The translations under genes and the position numbers were made by a program. Under the pieces are notes generated by a model. It was not told where the DNA came from. It was given only the letters and a program-made list of their open reading frames with translations, and made no database searches. Of a stretch of DNA of 32,000 nt, positions 26,712 to 32,000 are shown piece after piece; positions within the stretch are counted from its first letter, which is position 1, and each line of letters starts with the position of its first letter. The stretch is from Fibrobacterota bacterium. Lineage in GTDB: Bacteria; Fibrobacterota; Fibrobacteria; UBA11236. The stretch lies in the NCBI GenBank assembly GCA_028287505.1, contig JAQBPN010000007.1:116120-148119 (forward strand), in the 5' to 3' direction.

Positions 26712-27812
26712 CTAGAGGTCCACGGCCTTGGCCAAGTCCTTATAGATGCGGCCCACGCGCTCCACTTGGCCTTTGGCCGGAAAGCGTTCGTAGAAACCTT
26801 CCGCTTTGAAGGCCTTTTTCAATTCGATCCAGGGTTGCAGCCGTTCGGCCCAGCGCTTGACCCGGCCCACGGAGGGTTCGCCGTCCTTTTCGGAAAGATC
26901 CGCGCAGACGCGGATGAGCGCTTTGAGGGTGACCGGCCGGGTGACCATGTATCCCGAGTTGCCCCAGATTTCGCCCCACACCTGGGCGGAAGCCTTCAGG
27001 AAGTCCCGGAGTTGCTCGTAATAGCGTTCCGCCTGATGGGTCGGGGAAAGATCTTCCTTCGGATCCCATTCGGATTTGACCCAGCGGTTGATTTCATTGA
27101 AAAGCTCGGCCTGGAGAATCCATTTCTCCTGCTTGCTTTTGCCGCCCAGGCGGTTGATACGGTATTGGAGCGGGCTATCGTCCCGTCCATACAGATGCTC
27201 CACCACGCGGGCTGCGCAACGCTTGTCGGGCGAGGCGAAGGACACCCGCTCGTACAAGTCCACCAAGTGGCTTTTGTTGATGCGGGTGGGGGTGGAGTTG
27301 ATGATGACGAACATTTCCGTGGCGAAATCCTCGCTGCGGCCGTCGAAAATGATGCAAGGCACGTTGATGGATGCGGCCTCGTCCGGACGCTCCCGGAAGA
27401 AGAAATGCAGGGCGGCCAGGCGGTGCTGTCCGTCGATAATCAGGTATTTCCCGTCCGGATCCGACAGATGGCCCACGCCTTCATTGTCCCCGATGCCCCG
27501 GAACCGCAGCTTCTCCGCGGTGAACAGCAATACCGTGCCCGGAATGGGGGGCTGGGTGCTGGCGGTCTCGTAGAAATTGCGGATGGAGCGGATTTTGTCC
27601 CGCGCCATGGTGCGCTGGAAGGCCTTGTCCGATTTCTCGATACGGCCGATGAATTTGGCGATTTCGTCCTCGGCCGGAGCGGGTTCCGCGGCGATGGGCG
27701 TACCCTCGTCGTAGAAACGGCTGCTGAAACGCACCTTCTCCAAGAGCGCTTTCGCCGGATAGGCGGCGAAGTAGAAGATTGCGTCTTTTTGTCGGACCTG
27801 AGTAGCCAGCAT
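26712..27812 (-). CDS. DGQHR domain protein (DndB-like family)
   Basis: KYLIIDGQHRLAALHFFFRERPDEAASINVPCIIFDGRSEDFATEMFVIINSTPTRINKSHLVDLY: DGQHR motif plus FxxINxxxxxIxKSxxxDL. Confidence 0.85.
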   Translation of the reverse strand: MLATQVRQKDAIFYFAAYPAKALLEKVRFSSRFYDEGTPIAAEPAPAEDEIAKFIGRIEKSDKAFQRTMARDKIRSIRNFYETASTQPPIPGTVLLFTAEKLRFRGIGDNEGVGHLSDPDGKYLIIDGQHRLAALHFFFRERPDEAASINVPCIIFDGRSEDFATEMFVIINSTPTRINKSHLVDLYERVSFASPDKRCAARVVEHLYGRDDSPLQYRINRLGGKSKQEKWILQAELFNEINRWVKSEWDPKEDLSPTHQAERYYEQLRDFLKASAQVWGEIWGNSGYMVTRPVTLKALIRVCADLSEKDGEPSVGRVKRWAERLQPWIELKKAFKAEGFYERFPAKGQVERVGRIYKDLAKAVDL

Positions 27813-27938
27813 AAAATCGACCTGCCTTTAAAGTAGGGATGGAATAATCCCTGGTGATGTTCCCTTGTGGAAACGTTCACGGCACCCTCAAAAGATACCT
27901 AGAAGGCCGGATTCTGTATATGGGAACCTGGAAACTTT

Positions 27939-28320
27939 CGCTGTTACCATAGGGTATCATGCAAGAAACCTCCCCCTGGGCCCGTTTTTTCCGGGCGGGG
28001 ACAGCGGTTACCGTGCCCGGTGGAATGGACTACTAATGCCGGCGGGATGGGACGGCCGGGTCCGATCCAAAGAGGGGGGAATCCGGAAGCTACCGGAACA
28101 CGCCGGTTCCGAGGGGATGTCGCTCGCGTCGGCAGGGAAAGGACGGTCCTGGACGCCGCTCCCGTAGCCTGCCCCGGAGAGAGTACCCGGCCGTCCGCGG
28201 GTCCGGGTCCATCATGTATGCAAGCGGGGTCTCAGCCACCCTCGCGCCGGTCCCGAACCCCTCGGAAGCGGGATCCCGGTCCCGGGGACGGAAACCGGCC
28301 CGGCTCCACCGTACCTGATC
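27939..28320 (+). ncRNA. Candidate highly structured RNA/leader upstream of trpB (class unknown)
   Basis: Nested perfect helices: CGCTGT 27939-27944/ACAGCG 28001-28006 enclosing GCCCG 27980-27984/CGGGC 27992-27996; CGGTGG 28018-28023/CCACCG 28306-28311; ATGGAC 28025-28030/GTCCAT 28207-28212; GACGGCCGGG 28051-28060/CCCGGCCGTC 28186-28195; TCCGG 28082-28086/CCGGA 28093-28097; GGCAGG 28131-28136/CCTGCC 28168-28173. Confidence 0.45.
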
Positions 28321-28339
28321 CCGTTTTTAACGGTTTTTT
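28321..28339 (+). terminator. Putative intrinsic terminator/attenuator upstream of trpB
   Basis: CCGTT-TTT-AACGG-TTTTTT: short 5-bp hairpin followed by six T, 108 nt before the trpB ATG. Confidence 0.45.
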
Positions 28340-28446
28340 CCAAGGATTTCCCGGCCTGGAACCGGTTTGCGATAAGCCAAAAAAAGCCGGAAAAGCTACC
28401 TTTCAGGCCTCAAGGGCGCACCTGTTTCCGCGTCCTCAGGAGCGCC

Positions 28447-29690
<1,244 letters not shown>

Positions 29691-29694
<4 letters not shown>

Positions 29695-30497
29695 ACCGCA
29701 TCGACGCCGCCTTCGCGCGCCTCAAGGAAAGCCGGAAGAAAGCCTTCGTCCCTTATATCGTCGCGGGCGTGCCCGGCAGCGATGAAACCGTGGAAATCGT
29801 GCTGGAGCTGGAACGGCTGGGCGCGGACGTGATCGAGCTCGGTTATCCTTTTTCCGATCCCATGGCCGACGGCGTGGTGAACCAGGCCGCCGCCAACCGG
29901 GCGCTGGAACTGGGCGTGGACGCGGACGCGTATTTCGCCATGGTGGCCAAGATCCGCGAACGCTCGCAAATCCCTATCCTCGTCTTCTCCTATCTGAATC
30001 CCATCTTCAAGCTGGGGTTCGACGCCTTCGCGCGCCGCGCCAAGGCCGCTGGCATGGACGGCATGCTGCTGGTGGACATGCCGGTGGAGGAGTCCCTCGA
30101 TCTGCAGGCCATCTGCAAGCGCGAGGACTTGTCTCTGATTTTCCTGGCTGCGCCGACCACGACGCCGGAGCGCCTGGAAAAAGTGCTGCAAGGCGGCACC
30201 GGATTCCTGTATTACATCTCCCGCACCGGCATCACCGGGGAACAGGCCTCCTTCCAGCAGGACTTCGCCGCCAAGGTGGCCGCCATCAAGAAGGCCAGCA
30301 AGTTGCCGGTGGTGGTCGGCTTCGGCATCTCCACGCCCGACCACGTGCGCACGGTCTGCGGGCTGGTGGACGGCGTGGTGGTGGGCAGCGCCCTGGTGCG
30401 CCGCACCTTGGAGAAGAAACCCTTCGCGGACATGCTCGCGGACATCAAGGCCCTCGTGGCGCCTTTGGCCGCTCCCACTAAGGAAACATGGAACTGA
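29691..30497 (+). CDS. trpA: Tryptophan synthase alpha subunit
   Basis: In the 28848..30497 ORF frame from ATG 29691: [29 protein letters not shown]...[13 protein letters not shown]...LLVDMPVEE...[12 protein letters not shown]...VVVGFGIS. 4-nt overlap with trpB. Confidence 0.96.
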
Positions 30498-30748
30498 GCG
30501 ACTGGCGGGGCCGCATCGACGCCCTCAATCTCCAACTGCTGGAGTTGCTGAACGAGCGGGCCAAATGCGCCCAGGCCATCGCCGAGCTCAAGAAAAAGAA
30601 GATGCTGCCCATCTACGATCCCCTGCGCGAGCAGCAGGTCTTCGACGCCGTGCTTTCCAGGAATGCAGGTCCGCTCAGCAACGAGGCCATCCGCCGCATC
30701 TTCGAATGCATCATCGCCGAACATCGGCGCCTGGAGGAATCCACCTGA
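30488..30748 (+). CDS. Chorismate mutase (AroQ class, stand-alone 86 aa)
   Basis: [81 protein letters not shown]. Confidence 0.9.
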   Translation: MELSDWRGRIDALNLQLLELLNERAKCAQAIAELKKKKMLPIYDPLREQQVFDAVLSRNAGPLSNEAIRRIFECIIAEHRRLEEST

Positions 30749-31917
30749 TGGCGCGGACCACGGGTCCCGCGGCCGGATCGGGCGCCTCCGACCAGGCCAA
30801 GACCTGGCGTCCGGGACGGATAGCCGTGGTGGGCATGGGCCTTTTGGGAGCCTCCCTGGCGGAAGCCGCCCGCAAGAGCTGGCCCGGGATCCGCATCACC
30901 GCAGTCTCCTCTCCCGCCACCTTGGAAAAAGCGCGCAAGGCCGGCCTCGCGGACGTAACCCGTGAGTATACGGAAATAGACCAGGCGGTTGCCGACGCGG
31001 ACCTGGTGGTGCTCTGCACCCCCATCAACCAGATCAAAGCCACCCTGGAAGCCTGGATCGTCAAGCCGCCCCTTTGCAAACCGGGATGCATCATCACGGA
31101 CGTCGGCAGCACCAAGGCGGAAATCTGCGCCTTGGGCCGCAAGGCCTTTCCCGCCCATCGGGCCCAGGGCGCCACGTTTATCGGATCGCATCCCATGGCG
31201 GGCAGCGAGAAGACGGGCCTGGAGGCCCGCGATCCCCTTCTGTTCCAGAATGCGTCCTGGGTGATTTGCGCGGACGATGCCCAATCCGAGGCCGCGGACC
31301 GGCTGGAGTCCTTCGCGCAGGGCCTGGGCGCGCGCACCACGCGCATGCTGGCGGAGTTGCACGATAAGGTGGCCGCCCATGTGTCCCATCTGCCTCAGTT
31401 GCTGAGCACGGCCCTGGCGAGTTACATCGGGGAGCGGAAAACCGTGGTGGAAAACTGCCTGCAGATAGCGGGGGGCGGATTCCGGGACATGACCCGGCTG
31501 GCCGCTTCGTCCTTTTCGGTGTGGGAACCCATCCTGCGGTCCAATCTGGCCGCCGTGCGGGAGGTAACCGCGGGGTTTCGGGAGCATCTGGCCGCCCTGG
31601 AAGCGGGCCTGGAATGGGACCTGGGCGCGGATTTCTTCCGCGAGGGAAACCGCCTGCGTGCGCAGCTGTCCACTTCCAAAAAAGGATTCGCGGTCCCCCT
31701 GACGGAAATCCTCCTGGACCTGGAAGACAAGCCCGGCGTGCTGGTGCGGGCCTTCGCCCCCCTGGCGGAGGCGGGACTCAACGTGCTCGACGTGGAGATC
31801 CTGAAAGTCCGAGAAGGCGAAGGCGGGGTTTTGATGCTGGGATTCCAGAAAAGCGAAGAAGCGACTTCAGCGATTGATTTTTTGACGGTGGCGGGTTTTA
31901 AGGTGAGGCTGAGGTAG
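30748..31917 (+). CDS. tyrA: Prephenate dehydrogenase with C-terminal ACT domain
   Basis: RIAVVGMGLLGASLAEAARKSWPGIRITAVSS...VLCTPINQI...ITDVGSTKAEI...FIGSHPMAGSEKTGLEARDPLLFQNASWVIC; the C-terminus ILLDLEDKPGVLVRAFAPLAEAGLNVLDVEILKVREGEGGVLMLGF is ACT-like. ATG overlaps the previous TGA (TGATG). Confidence 0.93.
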   Translation: MARTTGPAAGSGASDQAKTWRPGRIAVVGMGLLGASLAEAARKSWPGIRITAVSSPATLEKARKAGLADVTREYTEIDQAVADADLVVLCTPINQIKATLEAWIVKPPLCKPGCIITDVGSTKAEICALGRKAFPAHRAQGATFIGSHPMAGSEKTGLEARDPLLFQNASWVICADDAQSEAADRLESFAQGLGARTTRMLAELHDKVAAHVSHLPQLLSTALASYIGERKTVVENCLQIAGGGFRDMTRLAASSFSVWEPILRSNLAAVREVTAGFREHLAALEAGLEWDLGADFFREGNRLRAQLSTSKKGFAVPLTEILLDLEDKPGVLVRAFAPLAEAGLNVLDVEILKVREGEGGVLMLGFQKSEEATSAIDFLTVAGFKVRLR

Positions 31918-31937
31918 GTATGACGGCGATGAAGAAG

Positions 31938-31967
31938 GTCGGGCGTCGGGCGTCGGGCGTCGGGCGT
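31938..31967. repeat. Tandem heptamer repeat (GTCGGGC)x4 plus partial
   Basis: Direct reading: gtcgggc gtcgggc gtcgggc gtcgggc gt. Confidence 0.95.
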
Positions 31968-32000
31968 AAAGAAAAATCCAGCAGGAACGGAGCTACGCTC

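Noticed and set aside
26766-27836. 356-aa plus-strand ORF opposite the DGQHR gene
   Set aside because: Antisense shadow; the minus strand contains DGQHR and NSTPTRINKS motifs.
27959-28036. 25-codon ORF as a classical trp leader peptide
   Set aside because: Only one Trp codon and no tandem Trp/Tyr/Phe codons. Classical ribosome-mediated attenuation is not supported.
27939-28320. Structured region as tmRNA, RNase P RNA, T-box or TPP riboswitch
   Set aside because: No TTCGAC/GGGG tmRNA start, no GGAAAGTCC or ACAGAA RNase P cores, no GGGTGGNACCGCG T-box on the sense strand, and only a stray CTGAGA without the rest of the TPP core on the antisense strand.

Overview
High-GC bacterial chromosomal window of about 32 kb. 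The protein families and organisation suggest a Fibrobacterota-like organism; this is an inference, with no taxonomic search run. Left to right it contains: (i) a minus-strand copper cluster (CsoR-type repressor, CopA P-type ATPase, Cys-rich small protein, TolC-family efflux protein running off the window edge); (ii) a membrane protein resembling acyltransferases, a large lytic transglycosylase, an H1-like/zinc-motif protein, a cyclophilin, and lepA; (iii) a YCF48-like propeller protein and an alkyltransferase-like (ATL) protein with PWHRV in place of PCHRV; (iv) the most interesting locus, a tightly coupled five-gene minus-strand operon (15132..20941). It encodes a protein that appears to fuse a FliF-type periplasmic RBM3 domain and a transmembrane helix to a FliG-type cytoplasmic region, then a FlgO/CsgG-like domain plus putative outer-membrane barrel, a TPR lipoprotein, MotA and MotB. 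No flagellin, rod, hook, export or FliM/FliN gene is present in the window. I read this as a candidate compact, non-flagellar rotary/force-generating motor. (v) Next come a MORN-repeat lipoprotein, a small HTH protein, a soluble PQQ-dehydrogenase-like propeller, a DUF1328 mini-gene absent from the ORF track, a dienelactone hydrolase and an orphan DGQHR/DndB-like protein. (vi) A roughly 400-nt GC-rich region with several nested perfect helices and a weak terminator precedes an overlapping trpB-trpA-chorismate mutase-tyrA(ACT) operon. No CRISPR array, rRNA or tRNA was recognised.
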